Positions 49,870 through 61,835 of a stretch of DNA of 64,000 bases are shown here, piece by piece (the stretch's first letter is position 1; every line of letters begins with the position of its first letter). The DNA comes from Hormiphora californensis. Taxonomy: Eukaryota; Animalia; Ctenophora. Under the pieces are notes generated by a model. That model was given only the letters and a program-made list of their open reading frames with translations. It was not told the origin of the DNA and ran no database searches. The stretch lies in the NCBI GenBank assembly GCA_020137815.1, contig CM035354.1, positions 248,001 to 312,000 of the forward strand, written 5' to 3'. The position numbers and the translations under genes were made by a program.

Positions 49870-50912
49870 AGGAGCATGACGTCATTAACATTAGGAACCG
49901 ACCGAATTAAGTAAACAACCAATCAGAACTCGATATTTAGGTCACGTGACTGGTTATCAGCCAATCAGGGACCAGTATTTCCTGATTCGGTCGGTTCCTG
50001 GTCTTTAATATATTTGTGAACCAGTATTCATCAAAATGAATTGTACAGCTTTCAAGACCCTGAAATATAGGAGACAGAAGAGAGACACTCATGTCTAGAA
50101 TTAGGAACCTTGTGTGTGTGTGTTTAGTGTGCCCAAAAAGACAAATGAGAGAGAAAACTCGAAATGACTCTATTCAGCCCACTTTTTCTGAGGTGTCCAG
50201 AAGATAGGTGTGTTAGAAACCAACAGGTTAGAGCCAGCCGTGGCGCCTGGTCCGAGACCACACTATTGTTGCACCGCTGCAACGTGTGGAAGTATTGCCA
50301 ATCCATCAGAACTCTATATTTGCAAAAATTGATGTTTTAATATACGAATATTTGTTTAATTCCAGATTGGAAACCCATCAACGTGTATTTGGAAAATGGC
50401 AGTTTTAGTTGATGAGATACCGAGTTTTCTTTTGTTAGACTGAAGGCTGTCTTGTGGCGCCGACCCGATCTGAGGATCAGAACGGTGTCTGTGAGGCTAT
50501 TATTAGTATAGGATACGTGCTTCCTATTGGTGGTGTGTCGAAGTTGCTTTGCCGGACCCTGATGTCACGTTCCAATCTGTAACGAGACAAAATAGCGCTG
50601 ACAAGGGACCCTGATGCGCGCGTTCCATTGAAGGAGCTGCTGCGCCAAGAATCCCTCCGGAGCAGCCCCGCGCCTTCCATACAAGAGAAAAAGAAGAACT
50701 TTTCAGAGGCTAAAACCAATTCCGTGTCTCATAAAGTGCCACACTTGACAAGAAACAAAATGTACACACCCTCTCTTCAGTTTTCTCGAGTAAAATTTGC
50801 AACATACTCTGATATTCGTGTTTCATAGCTTCATGATTTAGCATGGCGTATACACCTCTGGGTAATAAAAACATGATAAAATACACAACATCTCTCTCTC
50901 TCACTCCACTGT

Positions 50913-51610
50913 TCACTGTGTCAAGTCCTTGAACGTTTTGAGATCTTCTAACAATTCATTTAACTCTTCGTCATCGAATTTGTCCTCCAAACTTGGAATT
51001 AGCGCCTTGGCCTCCTCATAATTATCTGGACAGAGGTTTGCCAGTGACGCAGCTTCAAACTTGTGAAGATTCTTGGTCTGGAGCATTTCTCTTACTGCCT
51101 GATGGGGAATTAATGTTTAGAGTATAATTCTGGTTCGTTTCCCACCTTTCAGGTGAGCATATTAACAAAATCTAGAACAGTTTAAACACCAAAAAGATCA
51201 GAAAATAGTTCAAAAAGTACCTTGATTGTTTCCCTATTTTGGTAGAAACTAAACTTTCCCGTGTATTTGAGGGTGTTCTCAAAAACCTGGGACAGATCCG
51301 TATCATCATCATCCATCTCGTGTTGCTCCTGGCGAACCTGCGAGAGGGAAAGGGAGGGATATATGTAGATGGGGGGCTAGATCATAGATGACAGCCAATG
51401 TCTGATAATGGTATGGAATTGAGATTTTGGAAAGCCAGATATATTGTTTCTGATTTAAAGTTCATGATCCAGGCTTTATTACACTACCTTCAACAGCATG
51501 TGAACTTCTGAAACCAAAAGGGCATCAGCATTTTTGAAAGCAGCTGGGAATTTTAACTGAGCCGCGTCTTCCTCTTCCTCAATCCGGATCTGCTTCCTTA
51601 CTGCTGTCAT
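50913..51610 (-). CDS. POLR2D: RNA polymerase II subunit RPB4. Exons: 51610-51488, 51337-51221, 51098-50913
   Basis: [29 protein letters not shown]; [22 protein letters not shown]; [36 protein letters not shown]. Confidence 0.95.
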
Positions 51611-51908
51611 TGTGTGCTAAATTGTAGAAGGGGGGGGGGGGTGAGATATACCAAATTATTGGAGGCGGGGGGGGGGGGGGTGAGATATACTAAATTATTG
51701 AAGGGGGGGGGGGTGAGATACACTAAACTATTGAAGCCTGAAGGGGGTCAGATATACTAAAAAGAGGGGGGGGGGGGGTGAGGTAAATTATTGGAGGGAG
51801 GAGATGTACTAAAGAGGGTAGGTTTGTGTGAGAGATATTGTTTAGAGTCATGCTAAGAAGAGGGGGCTGCGAGAGTCCTGCCTGTTGATGGAGGGACTGG
51901 GATAGATA

Positions 51909-52519
51909 CTGTGTGATTTTAAATGACTGAGACTGCTCTATCTCAAATTGTGTAAAAACTATGGCATCTTTCGACTTCAAATTTTGGGACACGATAAAAC
52001 ATAATTTCTCATTTATTCTCCCAGATTTTCAGAAAGTTTCCGTGTTCCTGAATGAACTTATTGCCATAAAACCTCCTCCAACTTTACACAGTCATATCTC
52101 TGGAGTCTAATGAGATAGAGAGTTCAGATTTTTAGGAGAGACAGATAAGACGATTTTGAATGTTTTGTCTGCTTTACGAGTTGATAACTTTTACCGTCTG
52201 TTCACAGGAACTGTTTAAAGTGATGTAACACGCTCTAATTAGGCCAAATTTAGGTCATTTTACCCCTCAAAGATCACATGTCCAGCTGATTCTAGTGGGC
52301 TAATGAGGCCTCTTACACGAATTCGTCACGTGTTACTGCAAGGATACCGCTCTCCTTTTTCACCTTGACCAAGCAGACATGATCATGGTGTCTGGAAGTG
52401 GTAACAAGCTGTAGGATACCAGACAGATGCTGCTCTCTACTTCAATCACTCTCTCGTTATAAGGTCACGTGACTGGAATTGGGATCTCGACATCAGACAT
52501 GATCACAATGTCTACAAAG

Positions 52520-52602
<83 letters not shown>

Positions 52603-53216
52603 TGCTTTGTAGACATTGTGATCATGTCTGATGTCGAGATCCCAATTCCAGTCACGTGACCTTATAACGAGAGAGTGATTGAAGTAGAGAGCAGCATCTG
52701 TCTGGTATCCTACAGCTTGTTACCACTTCCAGACACCATGATCATGTCTGCTTGGTCAAGGTGAAAAAGGAGAGCGGTATCCTTGCAGTAACACGTGACG
52801 AATTCGTGTAAGAGGCCTCATTAGCCCACTAGAATCAGCTGGACATGTGATCTTTGAGGGGTAAAATGACCTAAATTTGGCCTAATTAGAGGCGTGTTAC
52901 ATCACTTTAAACAGTTCCTGTGAACAGACGGTAAAAGTTATCAACTCGTAAAGCAGACAAAACATTCAAAATCGTCTTATCTGTCTCTCCTAAAAATCTG
53001 AACTCTCTATCTCATTAGACTCCAGAGATATGACTGTGTAAAGTTGGAGGAGGTTTTATGGCAATAAGTTCATTCAGGAACACGGAAACTTTCTGAAAAT
53101 CTGGGAGAATAAATGAGAAATTATGTTTTATCGTGTCCCAAAATTTGAAGTCGAAAGATGCCATAGTTTTTACACAAATTGAGATAGAGCAGTCTCAGTC
53201 ATTTAAAATCACACAG
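51909..53216. repeat. ~610-bp inverted repeat enclosing a (CT)n spacer, possible TA TSD (foldback element)
   Basis: Arms 51909-52521 and ~52604-53216 with only rare differences; TA|CTGTGTG...CACACAG|TA. Confidence 0.85.
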
Positions 53217-53512
53217 TATATATTGAGTCGATTGATTTATCTAGAAAGAGTAGGGCCCGCGACATTATTTCTTGGACAGCCTAATATTTATGATCTAGGA
53301 TATTGGTAATCAGGTTATTATACGTGGGATATAACAAAGTAAACACGCTATATATTACGCTGGTTAGCAGAAGAATATAATACAGAAAAAGTTTAGAAAC
53401 TTAAAAACAAAATTCCCAAAAAGAATCAAGCTACAAATATGACCGGTCGGACAGACAACCGATTTTATCTCTAACACTCTCAAACAGTGAAAGCAACCTC
53501 TATTTCCAATAA

Positions 53513-56500
53513 CTAAACATGGGGAGATAGAATCTCAGTTCCATCTCGGGTGATTAAGATCGTATGCTCGAATTGTGCTGAGCGTTTGCAGTCAGCAGAG
53601 ACAGCTGTCCACCCGTCGGAGAGAATTACCATAGCGTCACTACCCTCCATCAATATGGGCTCTGTTGGGTGAGAAAGGGAGATACAGTGGGCTCTGTGGG
53701 TGAGAAAGGGAGATACCTTACTCTCGTTTTTTAAGAAACGCTTTAGTAAGAAACTTTTTTATAAGAAACTTTTCAAATGTAAATCACACAATTCAGAGAC
53801 ACCACAACAAAATAGAACACCCCTAACTTGTTTAGTTTCTTGATAAAGGAGAAGTTCTTTTTGTTTTTGGATTGCTTACACCTGTAGTTTCCTAGAAAAA
53901 AAGTTTCTTATTTAAAAGTTTCTTGAAATATGCGAGCTTAATTAACGAGAGTAAGGTATTATCATAATGGGCTCTGTGGGTGAGAAAGGGAGATAAAGTG
54001 GGCTCTGTTGGGTGAGAATGGGAGGTATTATCAATATGGGCTCTGTGGGTGACAAAGGGAGATACAGTGGGCTCTGTTGGGTGAGAAAGGGAGATACAGT
54101 GGGCTCTGTTGGGTGAGAAAGGGAGATACAGTGGGCTCTGTTGGGTGAGAATGGGAGATACAGTGGGCTCTGTTGGGTGAGAAAGGGAGATACAGTGGGC
54201 TCTGTTGGGTGAGAAAGGGAGATACAGTGGGCTCTGTTGGGTGAGAAAGGGAGATACAGTGGGCTCTGTTGGGTGACAAAGGGAGATACAGTGGGCTCTG
54301 TTGGGTGAGAAAGGGAGATACAGTGGGCTCTGTTGAATGGGAGGTATCATAATGGGCAGTGGGCTCTGTTGGGTGAGAATGGGAGGTATCATAATGGGCT
54401 CTGTAATAGAGATGAATTGTGCAAAGGGTAGATCGGGGCAATTTTATAAGCTGGCAAACTAAAACCCTGTGAAAAAGCCTTCCTGAGCCTGAAGCAGCTG
54501 AAGACTCCCCCTTCTTACCTATAGTGAACACCATACCCGGCCTCATAACGTGGCGATTAGCAGAGTTAGGGTAGTGATAAACATCCGGCAAGCCGTGAAA
54601 ATAACTCCCAATACCGTGGCCAATGAACTCCTTTGAGATACTGAACTTTTCCTCCGTAGCTATCTTTCTGAAGGAGAAATATGGGAAATAGACATACGGA
54701 TACATAATATGTAGTATGAACAAAAACAAACACGAGTGTTTGTACAGTAGGGTAGCGACTGGCTATTTGAAACAGTTTTTCACTTTTTTCCCTTGCCTGC
54801 CCACAAATCAAGTCGAACCCAAATTTTTTTGACCTTGTGTTACCGAGACAGTCCCTGGGTAGTTTTTTGGGTGGTTGGAGATGTCTCATTTTGTCTTCCG
54901 GGGTCAGGGTCACGTGATATCTATCCAAATTTGGTGTTTCAATTTACCCGCCTCGGTCTGCTAATTTGAAACACCCGTATCTCCCTCAATTTCTGCACGA
55001 AACCAAAATTTTTGACATTGAATAGTTAGAAAAGGGTTGTGCAGAGCCATTCCATGTCTGAAATCTGAATTTTGTTGAACGTGCTTGGTGCAATGACCTT
55101 TTCCAAAAACTGTTTCAAATTAGCAGGAAAACAGTTTTTGCCTCATATTCGGCCAACTTTTGGCGGAAATGACTCAAATCATAGTTTATATCCTGCCTCA
55201 TGCTAATATTGAACAACAAAAATTTCGACAATCCAATCGGAGAAAATTGTTTCAAATAGCCCTCCTCAGTGTTTCAAGTTACCCGACTCTCTTCACTGTG
55301 CTACAGCACACACACGACACCAATCAGAGAGCAAATAACGCGCATTTGTTTCAAATAACCAGAGCACGTGTTTCAAGTTATCAGACACTGTTTCAAGTTA
55401 GCAGGCGTTTCAAATTGCCAGTCGCTACCCTACTCCAGGGAAATTTCATTGCCCTGTCGAGTTCTCCTGAGGACACAATCCCCACAAATCACAGTAATAT
55501 GTAGTATGTATTTCTCTCTCAATCTCAAATGGCGACATAAAGATTAGAAGTACAGCTAACAACCACGTACCCGATAATGTTGCCAATAGAGTTGAATCGT
55601 TCACCTGGCCCACACACCCCTATTGCAGCCAGTGTAGCCCGTTTTGAGGCAGCTATGAGACGGTGACCCGGAATATCAACCTCCCCTATGGAGGTACTGG
55701 AACAACAATCTCCAAATACACCTTTATAATATATCTGAACGGATAATCAATTGGGATATTATCAATAATAATAACGGGACCCGATATACCGGGCAAAAAC
55801 CTTCCCTCGAGCATCCCGGTAAATCAGGATCCGACTTTAATTGCATATCATCTTATTCAAAATATCCACACATCTTGCTATGAAACATACCGATACATCG
55901 ATGCTGATGATATCTCCACTCCGTAGTTTCCTAGTGTTTGGTATACCGTGACACAGCACATTATTCACAGAGGTACAGATGGATTTGGGGAATGCTCGGT
56001 AGTTGAGAGGCGCTGGGTACGCTCCTGCTGCCACAATTTCAGAATGTGCAAATTTATCCAGCTCGTCTGTAGATATACCCTCCTGGGAATGAGGTGTCCC
56101 TTAAGGAGGTGAAACCTCGACTAGCTATACAGTTTTTCGGAGACCGGACCTAGGTTACGTATTTTTGACCGAGGAATCCGACAAACATAAAATTAAAATC
56201 GGTAACGTAGCCGTTTTTGCGTAAAACGGCAAAAACTGTCATTTTTCAGCGATTTTCGACTTTTTACGCTTTATCTCCTATCTAACTTTATCTTGCCCAT
56301 AACTTTCACTTTTGTTCAAACCCGGGGCACGGAGAGAGAGTATCGAGGTTTTATCAATGATCATTCTTCCAACAACTTACCCCAGCCGCATCCAGTACTT
56401 TGTTCAGTATCCCCCCTGTTATGTGACCCGCTTCTCTCATTTTACCTATCTCATCCGCACATTTGATATCTGAAACAATTACTGGACATTAATAATGTAA

Positions 56501-56795
56501 TCACTGGGCATTAAGACATCATTTCAATTTTGTAGAATTAATCGTAATTGTAATTGTGTACTTGTTGTAACAAATTACAAAATTTCTAGTAAAAACTGTA
56601 CTTTTTCGCACTCTCTCGTGAAAGCTCTCAGTTCTCACCTATGGATGAGGGTCGAGCAGGTGGAATTCCGTTCCTGTGGTAGGAAGGTAGAATGATATGT
56701 CCTGGTACAGTCAGTGTCTCTGTTACAGGTTCAATTCCAACTACACTGTACCACCTTGAACAACACCTGACCCTTCCAGCTAACCTACCTAACAT
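53513..56795 (-). CDS. METAP1D: Methionine aminopeptidase 1D (mitochondrial type). Exons: 56795-56639, 56469-56381, 56082-55891, 55734-55571, 54667-54519, 53661-53513
   Basis: Arg-rich presequence MLGRLAGRVRCCSRW; GAYPAPLNYRAFPKSICTSVNNVLCHGIP, GDIISIDVS, GHGIGSYFH, GMVFTIEP, DGWTAV, SAQFEHTILIT. Confidence 0.92.
53657..54403 (-). repeat. 32-bp acceptor-site minisatellite in the last METAP1D intron
   Basis: Minus-strand unit ACTGTATCTCCCTTTCTCACCCAACAG|AGCCC at 53657-53716 and 53968-54403. Confidence 0.9.
54745..55435. mobile_element. pogo-like MITE in a METAP1D intron
   Basis: AGTAGGGTAGCGACTGGC.ATTTGAAAC...GTTTCAAAT.GCCAGTCGCTACCCTACT; TTTGAAAC subrepeats. Confidence 0.7.
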
Positions 56796-56959
56796 GCTAT
56801 AATATAATGTGAGGGTGTTAGTGGGAGAGGAGTGTTAGGGGGTGTTAGTGGTGAAAATAGATCCAAGTAGGTCCAAGTAAGGGAGGGGAGCTGGCGATGA
56901 GAAAGTTTCATCCTGCAACTACCCTGCCTAACATAGTAAGAGGTAGATATCCTCTTCCC

Positions 56960-57890
56960 CTTCCTGTCAGAGACTGATTTTTTGAAGAAATTTAATATTA
57001 AGAACAAGATATAGAAAACAAACACACTAAAAAGTAAAATCAGTAAAATCACAAATCACATAAAAACATAAACACACAAAACAGTTTCTCGAAAATCCAC
57101 AAACTTGTAGGAAAGTAACAGATTAGAAAACAACTCTTCACTCCTCATCACTTTCTTTTTCACTATCAGTAAGGGGGAACTGAGCAGGAACCCGAAACAA
57201 GTAAACAACCAATCAGAACTCGTTATTTAGGTCACGTGACTGGTTATCAGCCAATCAGGGACCAGCATTTCCTGATTCGGTCGGTTCCTGGAACTGAGCT
57301 AACACAAACACCACACACCACACCATAAACACACTATGAACAAACACCATCACCAACAGACAGAACATACAACCATACCCTATAATTTTGCCGATAGTGT
57401 TAACAGATTTACAAATTACATTGCTGACAGAGGTACAGATGGATTTGGGGAATACTCGGTAGTTGAGAGGTGCTCGGTACGCTCTTTTACTCTCATCCGC
57501 ACATTTGATATCTGAAACGTGGCAGTGTAATCACAGGTAAAATTACTTATGCTCCACACCACACCATATCACTTTTGTGGAAGTATCCGTTATTACGAAA
57601 TCACTTTAGTAAAAACTAGCTTTTCACCAATCTCACCGCTCACCTATGGAGGAGGGTCGAGCAGGTGGGATTCCATTCCTGTGATAGGACCACCTTGAAC
57701 AACACCTGACCCTTCCAGCTAACCTACCTAACATGCTACAATATAATGTGAGGGTGTTAGTGGGAGAGGAGTGTTAGAAGATGTTAGTGGTGAAAATAGA
57801 TCCAAATTCCAAGTGAGGGAGGGGAGTTGGCAATAAGAAAGTGTCTTCCTGCAACTACTCTGCCAAACTAAGGAATAGGTAGCTATATCA
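56960..57890 (-). pseudogene. Decayed partial duplicate of METAP1D 5' exons and the NAA20 3' end
   Basis: 57640-57890 copies 56635-56950 with deletions; 57427-57517 copies pieces of exons 2 and 3; 56961-56975 and 57124-57170 resemble the NAA20 C-terminal coding sequence. Confidence 0.75.
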
Positions 57891-58300
57891 TGTAAGGAAA
57901 CAAGATAAAACAAGATGAGTATCAAAACAAACGTTGCTGTATTGTATTGTATGACATTACCAAATCGGAACAACAACATACTATCTCGCATGGTTAACCC
58001 CAATGTTTTTGTAGTACAACGCACAGTAATATATATATTTGGCACATGGTCATGTTCATAGCTAGTTGTTCCGGATGGCGTATTTCCTACTCGTAGTTTG
58101 AAAACCCAGCTGGGCCCAGATCTGTAAACTTTAGGAGAACTTAAGAATAATTATGACTGTAAAACATGACGTAAATATGACGTAAATATGACGTCATAAT
58201 GACGTCATCGTGTTCAACTTGCTCGGGGTAGGGCTAACACATACACCACACACATCACCATCACCACACCATGAACAAACACCAACCACCACTCTTCCTG

Positions 58301-58849
58301 TCAGAGACTAGAAAACAACTCCTCAGTCCTTATAACCTTCTTCTTCGCAATCAACGTCTTCCCCTCCGGGTCCCTTGACAGCGCTTTCCGCATATCAAAT
58401 GCGTCCTCGTCTGGAGGTGAGTGAGGTGCCGAACCACCCGCATAGTACTCAACAATCTGCCGGTATACTGAGTACCCAAAGTTTTTGTACATCCCGATGG
58501 CTACATTGTTGCTGATCCGAACAAACAAATCTACAAAATAACACTTTTGGTTGTCACTGATTTGTTCCAGTTGTCTCATTAGGGTACGAGCGAGGCCTAC
58601 CCGTCTAAACTGGGATGACACGGTCAGTGTGGTCACATGACCATGCCAGTTCTCGCCCTGACCCTCGCTCTTCCCAAGGATGTAGCCCATCATCTGGCCT
58701 GACGGGGACTCAGCGACGGTACAGTATTCGGGCCAGTTCACTAGGTATTGGAGGTAGAAGGAGATCCCGTAGTTCTCCGTGAGGGGGTCAAAGTTGACCC
58801 GATTGAAGCGGAATATGTCCTTACAGGTAAATGGTCGGAGTGTACACAT
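58301..58849 (-). CDS. NAA20: N-alpha-acetyltransferase 20 (NatB catalytic subunit), intronless CDS
   Basis: TLRPFTCKDIFRFNRVNFDPLTENY; MGYILGKSEGQGENWHGHVT; FVDLFVR.SN.VAI.MY; EDAFDMRKALSRD. Confidence 0.97.
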   Translation of the reverse strand: MCTLRPFTCKDIFRFNRVNFDPLTENYGISFYLQYLVNWPEYCTVAESPSGQMMGYILGKSEGQGENWHGHVTTLTVSSQFRRVGLARTLMRQLEQISDNQKCYFVDLFVRISNNVAIGMYKNFGYSVYRQIVEYYAGGSAPHSPPDEDAFDMRKALSRDPEGKTLIAKKKVIRTEELFSSL

Positions 58850-59333
58850 TCTAGAGAAAATGTAGGTGTGAGAAAAATGTTGATAAGAACATAAATGGGG
58901 CTGAGGTATTTTAGGGGGGGGGGGTAGAAGGAAGAAGTGTACACATTCTACATAGACAAATAAATAAAATGGGTAGGTTTTTGTGTTAGAAAAGCTGCCC
59001 GGATGGCTATATATGTTGGGGAGAACACTTCTTGGGTGGTGGGTCGGGGAAATAGCTGGTGTTAGTAAAACAGTTGGTTACGAAGTCACCCCTGTTATTA
59101 TATGGTTTGCGGATGGGGTAATTCATTACCAAGTAAAACAGTACATCTAACGTTTCAAACTAGGTAAAATGAACTGGTACTCATCACAAAAATATAACAA
59201 TTATTACACACACTTCAGTAGTGTCTCTGTTGCCTTGAGTTCTGTATGGAACATCTTGCCTTGCTAGACCCTGTTTCACATGTTACAAAATATGTAAAGG
59301 AGGGTTAGAACATCAGTAGGAGAAGCAACACCA

Positions 59334-61792
59334 TCATATGTATACCTGCCCGATTGCCAGCCTGTCACAGAACGGCTTGATGCAGAACCTGGTACCCACA
59401 AAGAATAATATCCCAACAAAGATGGAGATGGGAAGGGCTGGTAGGGCACGTTTTACCACCGCTAGGATGAGGAGAGTCAGACACATTCCAATAAGGATGG
59501 CAAAGAAACATGCCATGACGGTGTTCCAGTCGTCAGCAGTAGCTGCTTTACCAACCAGCACACTGTAGAATATGAAATCACCCAGACCGAGTTTTACACC
59601 CTGCTCTGCTGGCTCCTGAAATACAGATCTTGTGAAATCTGAAATACAGATAGTTTGATAAGCAAGAACCGACCGAAACAAGTAAACAACCAATCAGAAC
59701 TCGTTATTTAGATCACGTGATTGGTTATCAGCCAATCAGGGACCAGTATTTCCTGATTCGGTCGGTTCCTGGTGATAAGGGATAAAACGTAGATTCTTAG
59801 TGTGATATAAGGCGTGAGAAAGATTGGAGTGGCCAAAGTTTATGAGATAATCGATGTCGCCGGTTCATCACATAACTTCTCCTGATTTAAAGGTGTGTAT
59901 AAGAGACTATATACCCTGCTAACTTTAATAATGCGCCAGTCCCACTAGCGCGCTCTCAGTAAACAGCCAGTCCAGCGGCAGATTATTTCCCACTGGCAGG
60001 TTATTTATTTTTAACTCCTACGTAACATTCAAAGTGTGTGTAAATGATCAGTTCTTACTAAAATACAGAGGGAACACTATGTGCAACACTTACACACTAC
60101 ATTGGAGAGAAAGAAAGGACACATTCCGTCAATTACTCTCTCTTTATCTCCCCTTTTGTCTCACTATCTCTTTCTCTGTGTTATTTGTGACATGCCCCTT
60201 ATCAGGCTATTTCTTTCACTCTCTTTCCTTAGCAACTGCTTAGTAACTGTTACCAAACAGTGTACACTCAATTGTGACAAGTTTTTAACTATTTCTCAGT
60301 TCTCTTTGTGTGTTTTGATTAGTGTTCTCTCTCTTGTTGGTGTGTAATACTTGAAATAAACAACTAAAGCAGGGTATATAACCCATAAACTCTGACCACT
60401 GGCACGTTATAGGTTTAAACCCCTCCGCCTCTCCCTCGGCTCCGCCTCGGGATCGTCGTCGTGATTTAAACCAGTTTATCCGCCAGCGGCGGATAAACTC
60501 CAGCTAACTTCTCCCAGCGGCGCGCTGGGAGAAAGTTATCTGAAATAACGCGCCAGTGGCCAGAGTTTATGCCTCATATAGACCCCGCTCGCTCAAATAG
60601 ACGCCCGCCCCGCGCGAACAATTTGCACTGGTCTATTGCGCCGTGCACTGCCGTGAGTTTGTGTCTCGATAGACGCACGCCCTCTGACAGATTTGTGTAA
60701 AGATCACAAAGAATCACTGGAAACACGATAAAATGACATGACAACACAAGAGGGAGTGTGTGTACAACCAACTAAGCTCTCTGTCTAGATTTGGCGCCCG
60801 CCAGTCTGTTGGCAACTGTTCCTCTTGACCCACAATTAACTGTTATCTCTCTCTGCATTCCACCCTTTTGATTTGTTAAAACGATTGGTACGAGTGTGTA
60901 GGAATGTAGAGAGGCACTTTGTAGCTTCATTTCCAACTATTTGACCCGTTTTGTGTGAGCTCTCTGTTTGAGAACCACGTAAATTGTGCTTGTTTTGCTT
61001 CTAGGTGCCCGCCAGCGGGGTCTATAGAACACAACTCCCTCCCTTGCGTGCAGATATACCTGTAAACCCCTCGCTGACGCTCGGGATTTACAGGGCTGTA
61101 ACGCACGGTCCCTTCGGGACCCGTGCATTACAGCTCAATAGACGCACTGCTCTGCAGTGCGTCTATTGATTATCTGCCCGCGCGGGAGGGAGTTATGTAC
61201 TATATAATCTATAGACAGTAAATACGGGATATAAATTATAAGAATAATGCTCTTTTCTAAGGATATACCAGTAGGAGACTAGAAATTCAAACAACAAAGG
61301 GTAGTTACCATTTCAGGATCATGTTCCTGTGTTCCTGTGTTGTTTGGTGCGGTGTTATTAGGTGCGCGATTAGGAGGAGGAGCTGTATTCCCAGGTGGGG
61401 AAGAAAATGAGTTACTCTCGTTCAGCTGATTGTAGTTCGGATCAGAGGGCTCAGTCATACCTGAGGAAGGGGTGAACTTGATATATTGGATGAATGAGGT
61501 GCAGGATACTACTTTAATTGATATATAGGGACCCGGCCCAGGAGGGGGGGGGGGGTATTTTAAAAATATCGTTTACTACGGAACGGATTTAATGACTTGA
61601 ACGAAGTCCCGCTTAGGTAAAACAGCAGTGACACCTACCAGCAGCACCTACCGGTTATGGTCCACATAACAGTGCTGGAGTAGATAAGAGCAGGGAATAT
61701 TGGCTCGTTCCTGCTCTCTGCAAGTTCAACTAAGATCCGCAGGGGTCCCTTGGGGCACAACACAGCGAACAAGTCATAGATTGCAATACCAC
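59334..61792 (-). CDS. PSEN: Presenilin, 3' part. Exons: 61792-61652, 61460-61309, 59615-59334
   Basis: Catalytic YD ([16 protein letters not shown]), [27 protein letters not shown] and the PALP motif; exon phases are consistent. Confidence 0.95.
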
Positions 61793-61835
61793 CTAGGGGG
61801 GGGGTAACGATTAGGGTGATGTACGCAATTAAAGG

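Noticed and set aside
50477-50916. Short ORFs between the adipolin-like gene and POLR2D
   Set aside because: No recognizable domain or consistent exon structure.
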